DNA of 36,180 bases from Barthelona sp. PAP020 (taxonomy: Eukaryota): the NCBI GenBank assembly GCA_040182905.1, contig JARQWU010000086.1, positions 1 through 36,180 of the forward strand. The letters run 5' to 3'. Of the stretch, positions 27,601-36,180 are shown in pieces. The stretch's first letter is position 1. Each line of letters begins with the position of its first letter. The position numbers and the translations under genes are program-made. Below the pieces are notes generated by a model. It had not been told where the DNA came from. It saw only the letters and a program-made list of their open reading frames with translations, and made no database searches.

Positions 27601-30218
27601 GATTGACTTAACAAATATAAACCAAAAATTATTAAAACTATCGAAATTGATAAATATGTATTATTTGGTTGTAATATAAACACGATTAATAAAAAATATA
27701 CACAAAACATCAAATAATAAATTAATTTTCGAGCAATTTCTGAAATATCTACAAATCTTCCATCATCATTCGAAATAATCAAATTTTGATAATAAGGACC
27801 AATATAAATATCACTAATATTGTCAGATACACTTGTAAATATGCCAAAATGAATATTTAATATTTTTAAAAAAATTTCCCCCATTATTCCAAAAATTACT
27901 AAAATATTGATCAAAAAGAAATCAAATTCTTGAATTTCAATCAATTTTAATACACAAATAAAATAAATAAGACAACAAAAAGAATATCTATAATAAAGAA
28001 AAATTCTTTTGGATATCTGTTTCTTTCTTTTATTAATGATTGAAAAAATTGAAAATAAAGGAAATATTGTGAATATGTATGAATAAATAATCAAAGATAA
28101 AGATAAATTACTTTTTATCATGTGATTTTGTTCAAACCAATGCCAATAAAATTCAACATAAAAGTAAATTTGACATGAAAGACATTGAAAAACAATTTCA
28201 ATTGATCTATGATTAATGATTAAAGATTTTATCAAACAATTGAAAAATATGACAAAAATACAAAAATCTTTGAATAAAATTAATGGCAATATACTTGCAT
28301 TGGTATAAATGTTTTCGAAATGTTTGAGACAAACTATTCTAAAAATTGAAATTAAAACAGAAATCAAAAATAAACATATGAAATCAAAAACAAATAATCG
28401 TTGAGTTCTTTGAAAATTTAAAATATACAAATGCATTAAAATGAATGGTACACAACACAAAGAAATAAATAATCCAATAACATTGTTCATAAATATTCCA
28501 GCTACAACAATGTAAAAACCTAGAATACTAATCATCAAAAGATTGACAATTCTGATGATAATTCCATAAAAAAAAATATTTCTTAACAGTTTCATTCGTT
28601 CATTGTAAAAGTGTTTTGGGATTTTATAAGTATAATCTACAATCTTACTCATATTTATGTATCTGATTAAACAACCAATAAATAAAAAAATAATTGAGAA
28701 AAATAAGATTGGATTTTCTAACATACTTTTCTCAATCGACCCCATTTCTTTTAATCCAAATAACTCTGTCATTGTTTCAAACAAATCAAACTTTTGAAAA
28801 CTTTTGTAAAAAACAATAGTGATTACAACATGAATAACTTGTACCAAATCACTTTTAACAAGTGTAAAAGGTACATAAAAAAGGTTTTCTCTATTATCAA
28901 TACAAATTTCATCAGAAGAATTCAATTCCTTACCTTTGTATTTATTTGTGCGAAAAAATGACAATAAAATAAAAACATCACTCCGAGTAAATTTTTTGTT
29001 GAAAAAAAAATACACTCCAATGATAACTGCAATTGTAACAATCATAAAGTTTAAAAAATATAAAGTTTGATAAAGATCATCACGAATATTATCAGGAAAA
29101 TAATTAATTTGCAAAAAAATATTGCAAATTATCCCCAAAGAACCAATAAAAATAATATTGTTAAAAAATAGATTTTTAAAGATTGCTTTAGGATAATATA
29201 TCGTTTTTACATCAATATCAACAATATTTTCGTAGAAAAAATCAATTTCAGTTTGCTTACGCTCCTTTGAAAAGAAAGTGAAAAAAATCAAATTCAACAA
29301 AAATACTATTACAGCAATATTCAAACAATGAGTTATATTGCTGTTCAATCGATTGGAGGGCATAAAAAAATAAAAGGCAAATCGAGGCAAATTTCCAACA
29401 ATCTGTAAATACATCGGATTTTTCAAGTATTCATTAAACGTTATGAATAAAACAAAAACATTGGGTATCATATATAATAACCAACTGATAATAATTTCTC
29501 GAACTTGAAAATCAATAGTTCTTTCACATAAAATCGAAGAATAATCATATAAGAAAGCATCAATACCAACAATAATAATTGGAAATATTAAGGAAAGTAA
29601 ATATCTAGTCCTACTGATAGGTTTAAAAAGTTGAACTTGTTTTCCTCCTCCTTTATCCAAATCAATACCATCAAAACCTCGAAACCAATTAATAAACCTT
29701 TCAAATGGTATGGATGGATATAAAACAGAAGATAAAGTCAGTCTAAATGAAAGTATTATTCCGGCCATTCCAAATCCATTGGTAGCAGCAATATATATTG
29801 ATTCAGCATAATGAGAAAAAAGTAAAACAGTTAAATATACAATAAATTCACAAAACCAACCAATAATACAAAAAATTTTCGAAGGATTATGTGGAGAAGA
29901 CATAAAATATATAACTTTATAAATAATAATCTGTGTTGAAATTAAACCACATAACCCAACATATGGTAAAAATAATAATAAATCTGATGAGCTAATTCGA
30001 TAACTTTTAGGTAAAGAACCAAAACAAAATATTATTTCGAAAAATATTCCTAAAACTCCAGTAAAAATCGTTAAAAAATGTTTTAATGTAAATTTTTCTC
30101 GATTTTTTCGAAAAACAGGAATATTTCCACCAATCTTTTGGAATAAACGAAAATGAATGGAGAAAATAACCAATATAATGTATATTAAAAGTAAATCAAC
30201 GCCACTAGGCTTGCTCAT
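24639..30218 (-). CDS. Large multi-pass membrane protein with degenerate C-terminal calpain CysPc and C2L domains (DEK1-like architecture)
   Basis: About 870 aa of repeated hydrophobic helices, then a charged linker and coiled coil. Calpain landmarks follow: YIDPFF, QQG, ILDSLIPC, EKMLAKICGSY, ITG, GIWLSFEEFIDHF, APQHTL, FSIVPF...DYMLKIF. Confidence 0.8.
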   Translation of the reverse strand: MSKPSGVDLLLIYIILVIFSIHFRLFQKIGGNIPVFRKNREKFTLKHFLTIFTGVLGIFFEIIFCFGSLPKSYRISSSDLLLFLPYVGLCGLISTQIIIYKVIYFMSSPHNPSKIFCIIGWFCEFIVYLTVLLFSHYAESIYIAATNGFGMAGIILSFRLTLSSVLYPSIPFERFINWFRGFDGIDLDKGGGKQVQLFKPISRTRYLLSLIFPIIIVGIDAFLYDYSSILCERTIDFQVREIIISWLLYMIPNVFVLFITFNEYLKNPMYLQIVGNLPRFAFYFFMPSNRLNSNITHCLNIAVIVFLLNLIFFTFFSKERKQTEIDFFYENIVDIDVKTIYYPKAIFKNLFFNNIIFIGSLGIICNIFLQINYFPDNIRDDLYQTLYFLNFMIVTIAVIIGVYFFFNKKFTRSDVFILLSFFRTNKYKGKELNSSDEICIDNRENLFYVPFTLVKSDLVQVIHVVITIVFYKSFQKFDLFETMTELFGLKEMGSIEKSMLENPILFFSIIFLFIGCLIRYINMSKIVDYTYKIPKHFYNERMKLLRNIFFYGIIIRIVNLLMISILGFYIVVAGIFMNNVIGLFISLCCVPFILMHLYILNFQRTQRLFVFDFICLFLISVLISIFRIVCLKHFENIYTNASILPLILFKDFCIFVIFFNCLIKSLIINHRSIEIVFQCLSCQIYFYVEFYWHWFEQNHMIKSNLSLSLIIYSYIFTIFPLFSIFSIINKRKKQISKRIFLYYRYSFCCLIYFICVLKLIEIQEFDFFLINILVIFGIMGEIFLKILNIHFGIFTSVSDNISDIYIGPYYQNLIISNDDGRFVDISEIARKLIYYLMFCVYFLLIVFILQPNNTYLSISIVLIIFGLYLLSQSKNSTSAKLIDMVILFENDTIDEIFKNVEQKHKKRHKKHYFSNFNRIENISRPNTNDISINRSFSKKNTNLKNKRTISKENRKKKNSHLQHHSSNSTSHTHTHTHHHTYLKPSRPHEIHLNQVNISDNIITSSTNDLFFNFQLNNDKNVFNQSVSVCKKEIMILKTELLSSLKNNDPAFVQNKKLARYNKFVNDNSNDIDDIGDKNVDESVDDDCEYKDIEDIDIWYNQRINFQKEPIILDKQQIKLKIRKLEARLKRLQQKQMIMEGELFLKLICTLDSVKKTREYTINKWKDQYYPGFNLQLLKNDHTLKNKILQQFGEFLTKEEEKIKELQKIQNSSDSMSNITNFMLIEEEDGDEEESNDITSMQTTLLKLTHDLHHEFDDDKEIESQIHVENDDDCDIDWNKESPISQQLKEKKIQRKLENYLSKAIKYVEILNKMRKILARSSNLDFIENFEDFLKVDFMLDEIVLFIKNKINSEMIDCSIFEFLEETFIHLKDQLKSMRKSFSKIKSIDVEGTLTKRTLKFMKIVKNARLNNEIYIDPFFSNFKKVLGNKFNQKNLELIPIGELFPKWNPLEMKGYYQQGFIKSPVLLYLFDSNTFVENLDDIICRYDMQSGVLLLRYFNEDQEEYMILDSLIPCLDKKLVFSKYSNPESLLASFVEKMLAKICGSYSNIEINSYSPKYLQIITGMYYQCWVPGLLNVLDVGRCFNIIKKYCKFENYGALCFIHENTFSNIDSDNFAVSLPFDYIFNIVTTFETILDGCKSRFVYITFSNSSHNNKLNLDLEKFKNIFSEASLDWPRKLKIQMGKIIPKFQSNGIWLSFEEFIDHFNFIITHVNLLKFNQAIYFGSLINEHAQVFNLKSSSLYFAPQHTLNFHHLPKHVKEVEIFVEFTQLKNSSVPIVINIWKHKYIPVTDITEFDFIGNPVQSNKKCTKFSICLPILEDHFFSIVPFLEYEGFGCDYMLKIFCSVCDVTIHVNNTIIG

Positions 30219-30519
30219 ACAACAAGAAAAACAAATATCAAACTATTAAAAACAAACCAAAAAAAGAAAACACAATTGATTCTAATACAAATTTCTTTTA
30301 TGAGCCATTCATTGATTTTGTGTGCAAACTTTCCTAATATTTCTAAAAAGAACAAATTCCACCAAAGAAAGAAGCAATTCTTTCCTTAAAAAGAAAGCAG
30401 TTCTTTGATTTTTTTAGTGTTGGTGTTGTCTTTTTCCTAACCACTGGTATTCAAAGCACAAAATGAACATTGAAATCAGAAAAAGACAGATATATATTTA
30501 CATCATTGTATAAAATTCT

Positions 30520-31137
30520 TTATTTACATTTGGTTCCACATAAATGACAAAATGATGCATCAAGCATCAATTCACCTCCACATTTATAACAAAATCGGGC
30601 TATTCCACTACACAATGTTTGAGATACAACACTTAGAGATTGTTCATTCATGATTCTTTTCTTTTCCACTTTCTTTGCCAATAATTCTCTTGTTCTCTGA
30701 TTCATCTGAGCTCTCAATTCAGTGTCCAGACTATCTTCTTCTTCATCTGCATCTTCAGTTTTTTCAACAATTTGAAATTTATCTTGAATAAAGCAATTCA
30801 CAGGAGGTGAACTTATGTTTCTGACAACAACTGGCCTTTTTGGATCACAATCTTTCAAATGATCTTCATATTTCAACGTGTTCTCAAAAAATTGTTTACA
30901 ATGAGAACATTGATTCTCAAATATTTTGGTTTTTAGAGAATCAGAAACTTCATTAACAAAATCACGATATAAAAATTTTCTTTCAATATGTGGATCTTCC
31001 AACAATTGTCTACAATATGAAGAAGGAATCTTTGAATTTTCATCGTCAACAAGACATTTTTTCAAATGAATTTCATACCAAGATTGTCCTATAAGCATAC
31101 CACATTTATAACATGGTATTAAAACATTTGTGGGCAT
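30520..31137 (-). CDS. Zinc-finger protein (C2HC fingers plus C-terminal zinc ribbon), ZNF474/ZC2HC1-like
   Basis: CYKCG...EIHLKKC, CSHCKQ...DHLKDC, FCYKCG...FCHLCGTK. ATG at 31137. Confidence 0.78.
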   Translation of the reverse strand: MPTNVLIPCYKCGMLIGQSWYEIHLKKCLVDDENSKIPSSYCRQLLEDPHIERKFLYRDFVNEVSDSLKTKIFENQCSHCKQFFENTLKYEDHLKDCDPKRPVVVRNISSPPVNCFIQDKFQIVEKTEDADEEEDSLDTELRAQMNQRTRELLAKKVEKKRIMNEQSLSVVSQTLCSGIARFCYKCGGELMLDASFCHLCGTKCK

Positions 31138-31405
31138 CAAGTTAATTGAAGAAAAAAAAAAATGGTGTTAAGAACCAATTTTTTTCTTTGATTTTGCTGT
31201 CTTTCCAATTTTTCCTAAAGACTCATTGATAGCTTTTTCGATTATTTTTTTTCTTTGGAATCCTTTATATTTTAGAGTATCAAACAATTCTTTGCAAAAA
31301 GTAAAAATTGAAAATCATCAATAGACCCTAATTTGGGAAATCTTTTTTTAGAAAGTTGAAATGTTATTAAACAAAAAAAAAATAAAAGAACAAAATAGAT
31401 AAAAT

Positions 31406-32536
31406 TTACAAAGGTGATCTCTTAAAATTTCCAACAGGAGCTTTTCCATCTTCAATGGAGAAGAGGTGCAAAAATCCATTTGTTCCACCCCCACAAAAAA
31501 GTTGATTTATTTGACCACATTTTAAAGAAGATAAACTTGGCATTCCATTGACCGCAGAAATTTGAAAAGTGTTTAAATCAATAACGATAGTTTCATAAAC
31601 ACCACAAATAATCAAAAGATGATTGTTAAAAATTGTCCAAGGATTTCCTTGTTTATTTGAAATATGATTTGTCTGAGAAAATAATGGCATATTCAATTGA
31701 CGAATGTCAAAAATGGAAATTTTTTTTTCATTTTGAAAAACGGCTAATTGCTTAAACATTTTAAAATTTATCAAAGAACCCCAATCAAAAGGGAAAGAAA
31801 TGGGTAACTTAGAATAATCCAATGTTCTGTGATCAATTTGAAAAATAGCGTCTTTAGAACAACAAACTGATACATCTTCACTCAATAAATCGGCATGAAT
31901 CAATGGATTTTCAAAAAACTTTTGTTGAATTGAACCGTTATGACAACTATTGATATTCCAAATTCGAAAAGAATTATCTAAAGATACAGAGCCAATAGTT
32001 TCATCATTTATTTTATAAATATTAGCAATATCACTTGTATGACCTTTAATACCTGATTTCAATTGCATATATTTATAACCACGCATCAAATGATTTTCTA
32101 TGTCTCCATTTTTATTCAATATATAAGATGTTGAAGATCCATTACCTAAAACAAAATTGTAATCCTCATTGAATGGTAAAATTTTCTTTATTGAAATAAT
32201 CTCATTTTCTTTTTCAAATGGTCGAACTATTTTTTTTCTATTAAGATTAAAATTACTTGAAACTTTGAATTTCGAAACATTTCCCACACTATCACCAATA
32301 AAAATATATTTGTCATTGTTTACCCAACAACATGAAGTAATCGGCTGGTTAGTAATTTCAAATTCTTTAATAGCATTAAAATAATATTGTTTATTTTGAG
32401 AAAAAGCACAATTTGTTTCAGAATCGGAACTGAATTCTGAACTAAAATCTGAATGAAAATCTGAATCGCTAAAATCATCAGGAGTTTTCACTGATGGAAT
32501 ATCTGAAGGAGTTTTTGGTCCTATTTCATCAGTCAT
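31406..32536 (-). CDS. WD40-repeat protein, divergent WDR70-like
   Basis: GH...SVSLDNSFRIWN WD repeat. LMRGYKYMQLKSGIKGHT resembles the WDR70 signature KGDxYIxDMxxTKGH. N-terminal IGP and acidic stretch. Alternative ATG at 32563. Confidence 0.7.
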   Translation of the reverse strand: MTDEIGPKTPSDIPSVKTPDDFSDSDFHSDFSSEFSSDSETNCAFSQNKQYYFNAIKEFEITNQPITSCCWVNNDKYIFIGDSVGNVSKFKVSSNFNLNRKKIVRPFEKENEIISIKKILPFNEDYNFVLGNGSSTSYILNKNGDIENHLMRGYKYMQLKSGIKGHTSDIANIYKINDETIGSVSLDNSFRIWNINSCHNGSIQQKFFENPLIHADLLSEDVSVCCSKDAIFQIDHRTLDYSKLPISFPFDWGSLINFKMFKQLAVFQNEKKISIFDIRQLNMPLFSQTNHISNKQGNPWTIFNNHLLIICGVYETIVIDLNTFQISAVNGMPSLSSLKCGQINQLFCGGGTNGFLHLFSIEDGKAPVGNFKRSPL

Positions 32537-32605
32537 TGAAAAAAAAAAATCCGGATGATTCATTTATTTTATATATCCCCTATGAAGACCTAATTTTTTG
32601 AAATT

Positions 32606-33097
32606 ATGCCAGAATTAGAAAAAGTAACTCCTGATGTTTCTTCAGATGTCATCATTTCCAAATGGATTGCATCTCCTGAGTTTGAAAGACCAAATTCAAT
32701 TTTGAGATCAGGTTATTTGACTAAACGAGGTCAAAGATTCAAAACATGGAAGAAGCGATACTTTGTTTTATCTAATGAAAAATTGAAGTATTTTAAAAAT
32801 CAAAATTCTTTGCATTCAGACCCTTTGGGAGAAATTGATTTAATAGATATACAAGTAAATCGGTACTTTGATAACAAGCTTCCACATACTTTTATTCTAC
32901 ATTCCATGAACAGAGATTTGTATTTATCGGCAGAAGATGAAAGTGAATTGTATAGTTGGTTAGACACTTTTAAATATGTCATAAGTTTAACAGGTAAACC
33001 TACTCTAAGTAATTTTGAGACCTTTAAATTTGAATCTGTTCATCAAATTTTTTCTAAAATTGAAGGAACTCCATTCGAAACAAATAGCACATTGTAA
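32606..33097 (+). CDS. Small PH-domain protein
   Basis: RSGYLTKRGQRFKTWKKRYFVL...LKYFK...PLGEIDL...LYLSAEDESELYSWL. The KxnKxR basic loop is typical of phosphoinositide-binding PH domains. Confidence 0.93.
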   Translation: MPELEKVTPDVSSDVIISKWIASPEFERPNSILRSGYLTKRGQRFKTWKKRYFVLSNEKLKYFKNQNSLHSDPLGEIDLIDIQVNRYFDNKLPHTFILHSMNRDLYLSAEDESELYSWLDTFKYVISLTGKPTLSNFETFKFESVHQIFSKIEGTPFETNSTL

Positions 33098-33176
33098 ATA
33101 ATTTATTGATTGTAACTTTTTGGAGTTGAAGAAGTTATATTTTCATTTTATTTTTTAAATAATTTCTTTTATATGA

Positions 33177-35444
33177 ATGAGTGAAAAAGAAGGCACAACT
33201 TTGAATGACCAAAATTTATCCAATGACGCCATTCTTACAAGACTATCAAATGATATAATTGTCGATTACTTTCGATATAAAGATTTTGAAGATACGATCA
33301 ATACTTTTTCTCGAGAAATGTCGCAAAAACAAGTGCGAATTCCACCTAAAGAATGGTTAAAAGAAAAATTGATGTTTTTTTTGGATAAAATTGATCGAAC
33401 ATTATTTCAAATCTATTCACGTCACATAATCAAAAGGACATATAATTCCCCGTATCTAAAACGCGCTAAAGAATTGGAATTTTTGCTTAGAGTTCATTTT
33501 TTTATTCATGAATTACATAATGATGAAATAATATTTCCTAAACAAGGAAATGCCAATGCTAAAAACAAAAGTAAATATCCACCTTCGTCTACATCCAAAA
33601 AAAAAAACAAATATAAAGAAAGTAAGAGTAAAGTTACTCCATTATCTTTATTTTCCTCTTATTTAAATAATGATGGAAAAGAGTTTGCGGAATATCCAGA
33701 ATTTTCCCGATTTTTTGCCCTTGGTTTTGATTCTAATGTAAAGAATAATGCTCTCTATTCTGCTATTTTATCTAGAGATTGGCTTGATGCTTTGAAATAT
33801 CGTTTAAATGTGATAATTGATGAAATTCCAGAACCGCTATTATTTGAATACATTCGAAAAAAGCCTGAAGTGAATTCAGAACAGGTACAGCATTTTGTTG
33901 AACATGATTCAATATTGGTGAAAAAACAAAGAACTTTAGAAGGTTTAATTCAATCATGGGGTTCCTTAAGTCAAGAATTATATTATATTATCAATGCTAT
34001 GGCCTCAAATGGGGTTTTAGACGAAAGTTATTGCAAATTACTTGGAAAACGTCTTGAAACACTCGGTATTGCAACGACAGATTGTGGTATTATGATTGAG
34101 GCATTTGGTGTTTCACCAAAAACACCCTTAATGGGTCATAATCTTGATAATGATGGCGATTTGATTGTTGTAGATAACATGGATGTGGGAAATATTCTTG
34201 CCTCTTTTGTAAACATCAAACAAAAAAATTCACATCGTCATTCTCAAAATTCTCAAAAAAATATGGGTCATGATGATGATATTGAAATGATTGAATATCA
34301 TAGTCCAATGCCTATGTCAGACAAAAGGGTTGATAATGATAATATGGTCTCACACACAGTTAATGATAAAGAGATACCAATTTTAACTCAATTGAAGGAA
34401 TCAAATGTTTCTCTATTTCATCCTAGAAAAGCAACACCTCCAAGTAATTCTTTTCGAGAATCACCCAGAATGACCTTAGAAGAAATTCGTTCCAAAATAA
34501 CAATGTTACCTTATAACAGGAAGACAATTGGGTTAATAACTTTTTTAAGAGGAAAATTGAGCTTGAATCAAACTGTTGAAAATCGTCAGAATTTCTTAAA
34601 TAAATTAATAAAGGCGGATATTTTGTCTTTGAATGATAACAATTTGCATCCATCTTTTTTCAATGATTTATTGGCCCAATCTGAAGTCAGTTTGGAATTT
34701 ACCGCATCCTATGTTATCTTTTTGCACACCATTGTTGCATCATTAGAAGGACGAAGGTATGTGTGTGATTCTAAACATTGTTCTGTTCTAGTTCTAACTT
34801 TGATTGAATTTGTTGTTGAAACTTCCAATACAAATGAAATTTTGTTCCATCAATTGCTGTCTATTTTACAAAGATTATCAGTTAGAGAAAATGTGTGTCA
34901 AGATTTGATTGATATGGGGATTGTTGAATGGTGTATTGATTTTCTTATCAGTACTTATACTTCAGATAGTGCTTCTTTTAATTTATTATTTGGTTGTGCT
35001 TTATTATATAATCTAATTTTACGTAGAAAAGGAGTTGAAAAAACATTAGAAAATTTGGACAAATTTTGTGATATTTTTCTTCTTTTGTTGGAAATTGATC
35101 TGGATGAATGTATACCTTTTGTTCTAGGTTGTTTTTATACAATGTTAGGTTTCGAAAAAGTTCGTGAAAAGATGAAAAATACAGAATTTGTTCAAAAAAT
35201 TCAAAAAATTCAAAAAACTTCAGGGAATGAACATTCAGAGCAAATAAAATATGTTTTACAAAGGTTAGAAGCTAAAGAAGACATTTTTGATGATAATCCT
35301 ATTGAAGATACAGATGACATTTGGGATGATCCAAGTACTGACCCTGAAGTAATGATGTTTGATGAAAATGTTCAAAAAGTCTTATTACAAAGAAATGTTA
35401 ATGTTGATCGGTTAAACACTCCAGTCTCAGCTGTTCCACGGTAA
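33177..35444 (+). CDS. ARMC9: LisH/armadillo ciliary protein ARMC9-like
   Basis: LisH IIVDYFRYKDFEDTINTFSRE, LEFLLRVHFFI, EFSRFFAL, ASLEGRRY, LSILQRLS, ALLYNLILR. Confidence 0.82.
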   Translation: MSEKEGTTLNDQNLSNDAILTRLSNDIIVDYFRYKDFEDTINTFSREMSQKQVRIPPKEWLKEKLMFFLDKIDRTLFQIYSRHIIKRTYNSPYLKRAKELEFLLRVHFFIHELHNDEIIFPKQGNANAKNKSKYPPSSTSKKKNKYKESKSKVTPLSLFSSYLNNDGKEFAEYPEFSRFFALGFDSNVKNNALYSAILSRDWLDALKYRLNVIIDEIPEPLLFEYIRKKPEVNSEQVQHFVEHDSILVKKQRTLEGLIQSWGSLSQELYYIINAMASNGVLDESYCKLLGKRLETLGIATTDCGIMIEAFGVSPKTPLMGHNLDNDGDLIVVDNMDVGNILASFVNIKQKNSHRHSQNSQKNMGHDDDIEMIEYHSPMPMSDKRVDNDNMVSHTVNDKEIPILTQLKESNVSLFHPRKATPPSNSFRESPRMTLEEIRSKITMLPYNRKTIGLITFLRGKLSLNQTVENRQNFLNKLIKADILSLNDNNLHPSFFNDLLAQSEVSLEFTASYVIFLHTIVASLEGRRYVCDSKHCSVLVLTLIEFVVETSNTNEILFHQLLSILQRLSVRENVCQDLIDMGIVEWCIDFLISTYTSDSASFNLLFGCALLYNLILRRKGVEKTLENLDKFCDIFLLLLEIDLDECIPFVLGCFYTMLGFEKVREKMKNTEFVQKIQKIQKTSGNEHSEQIKYVLQRLEAKEDIFDDNPIEDTDDIWDDPSTDPEVMMFDENVQKVLLQRNVNVDRLNTPVSAVPR

Positions 35445-36091
35445 AAGAAAGAAAATACACAAAATACATTATTTATGATAAGAATTAAGTTATTTGAGTG
35501 TAAATGTAAATATTTTTATTTTATTTTAATCATTTTGTCAATTTTTTGTTGATTTGGAAGTGCAAAATTTTTTTTTTTCTATCCCAAACTTTTTATTATT
35601 GATTTCTGCACTCTTATCTTTTCATTTATAATAAATTTAAGGGTCAAACATCATTTATTTAGCATAAAAAATGCCTTTAATCCTTCAATTTGTTTCTCAC
35701 CAAAAAAATTAGAGTTTTTACGAATGAATCAAAAAAGAGAGAGTACCTGATATTTATATATTTTGAAAAATTTACGGTTTTCAACAAAATATCTCAAAAC
35801 TGAAATTATTATTTCATAAACTGGTAAATATGCTGATGGCAATTTTCATTTCAGCTAATTTCAACAGTATTTGAATGGCAGAAATTGAGAGCACAGAATG
35901 ATTACTTTGAAGTTCAAAACTCTTACACCATTTCCATCACTCCTTTTTTTTTGGATTTTCAATTCATTTCTTTAAAAAATTTACACAAAAAATTTGTTAT
36001 TTTATATTTGAAACACTGTATTTGAGTCTTTGAAATTTTTTTGAAATTGTATTCAATTTAAAAAATATTTTTTTATTCAAATTGTCATTTC

Positions 36092-36180
36092 ATGGAAGAT
36101 AAGAACAACATTCAAGTTGTAGTAAGAGTTCGACCTCCACGCAATGGTGACTTTAACAATTCAATGGTCGTTAATTCATC
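36092..36180 (+). CDS. Kinesin motor protein, 5' end (partial)
   Basis: MEDKNNIQVVVRVRPP, the canonical first beta-strand of an N-kinesin motor. Runs off the window. Confidence 0.85.
   Translation, partial: MEDKNNIQVVVRVRPPRNGDFNNSMVVNS

Noticed and set aside
295..34653. The many short ORFs (about 60-150 aa) overlapping the main genes or lying in spacers
   Set aside because: Antisense or off-frame shadows with F/I/L/K-biased composition, often non-ATG starts and no motifs.
1..36180. Alternative genetic code (e.g. TAA/TAG read as Gln, as in hexamitid diplomonads and ciliates)
   Set aside because: Conserved proteins end at their expected C-termini with TAA or TAG, and long ORFs have no internal stops.
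4404..36180. Functional cluster of ciliary/microtubule genes (NEK1, GCP4, ARMC9, kinesin)
   Set aside because: Dispersed among unrelated genes, and such genes are abundant in flagellate genomes. Useful only as a hint that the organism has flagella.

Overview
AT-rich, gene-dense eukaryotic DNA, not prokaryotic. It holds 15 complete single-exon genes and two partial edge genes in the standard genetic code, with TAA, TAG and TGA all used as stops. Genes: Prp5/DDX46 helicase, papain-family protease, NEK1-type kinase, gamma-tubulin complex protein (GCP4-like), p101/p87/PACS-like protein, nischarin/STK11IP-like LRR protein, coiled-coil protein, an unusual histone H2B, RNI-like LRR protein, bacterial-type MFS transporter, giant multi-pass membrane calpain-like protein, zinc-finger protein, WDR70-like protein, PH protein, ARMC9 and the start of a kinesin. 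Gene content, lack of visible introns and very short spacers suggest a flagellated, intron-poor protist, possibly a metamonad (inference only). A 4.5 kb gene-free block (17.4-21.9 kb) contains what look like decayed transposase and integrase fragments. Most notable: an H2B lacking the conserved C-terminal lysines and carrying a poly-Glu tail, a protist protein resembling the PI3K-gamma adaptor p101, and a DEK1-like membrane calpain with no catalytic Cys. All family calls come from motif recognition by eye; no searches were run.
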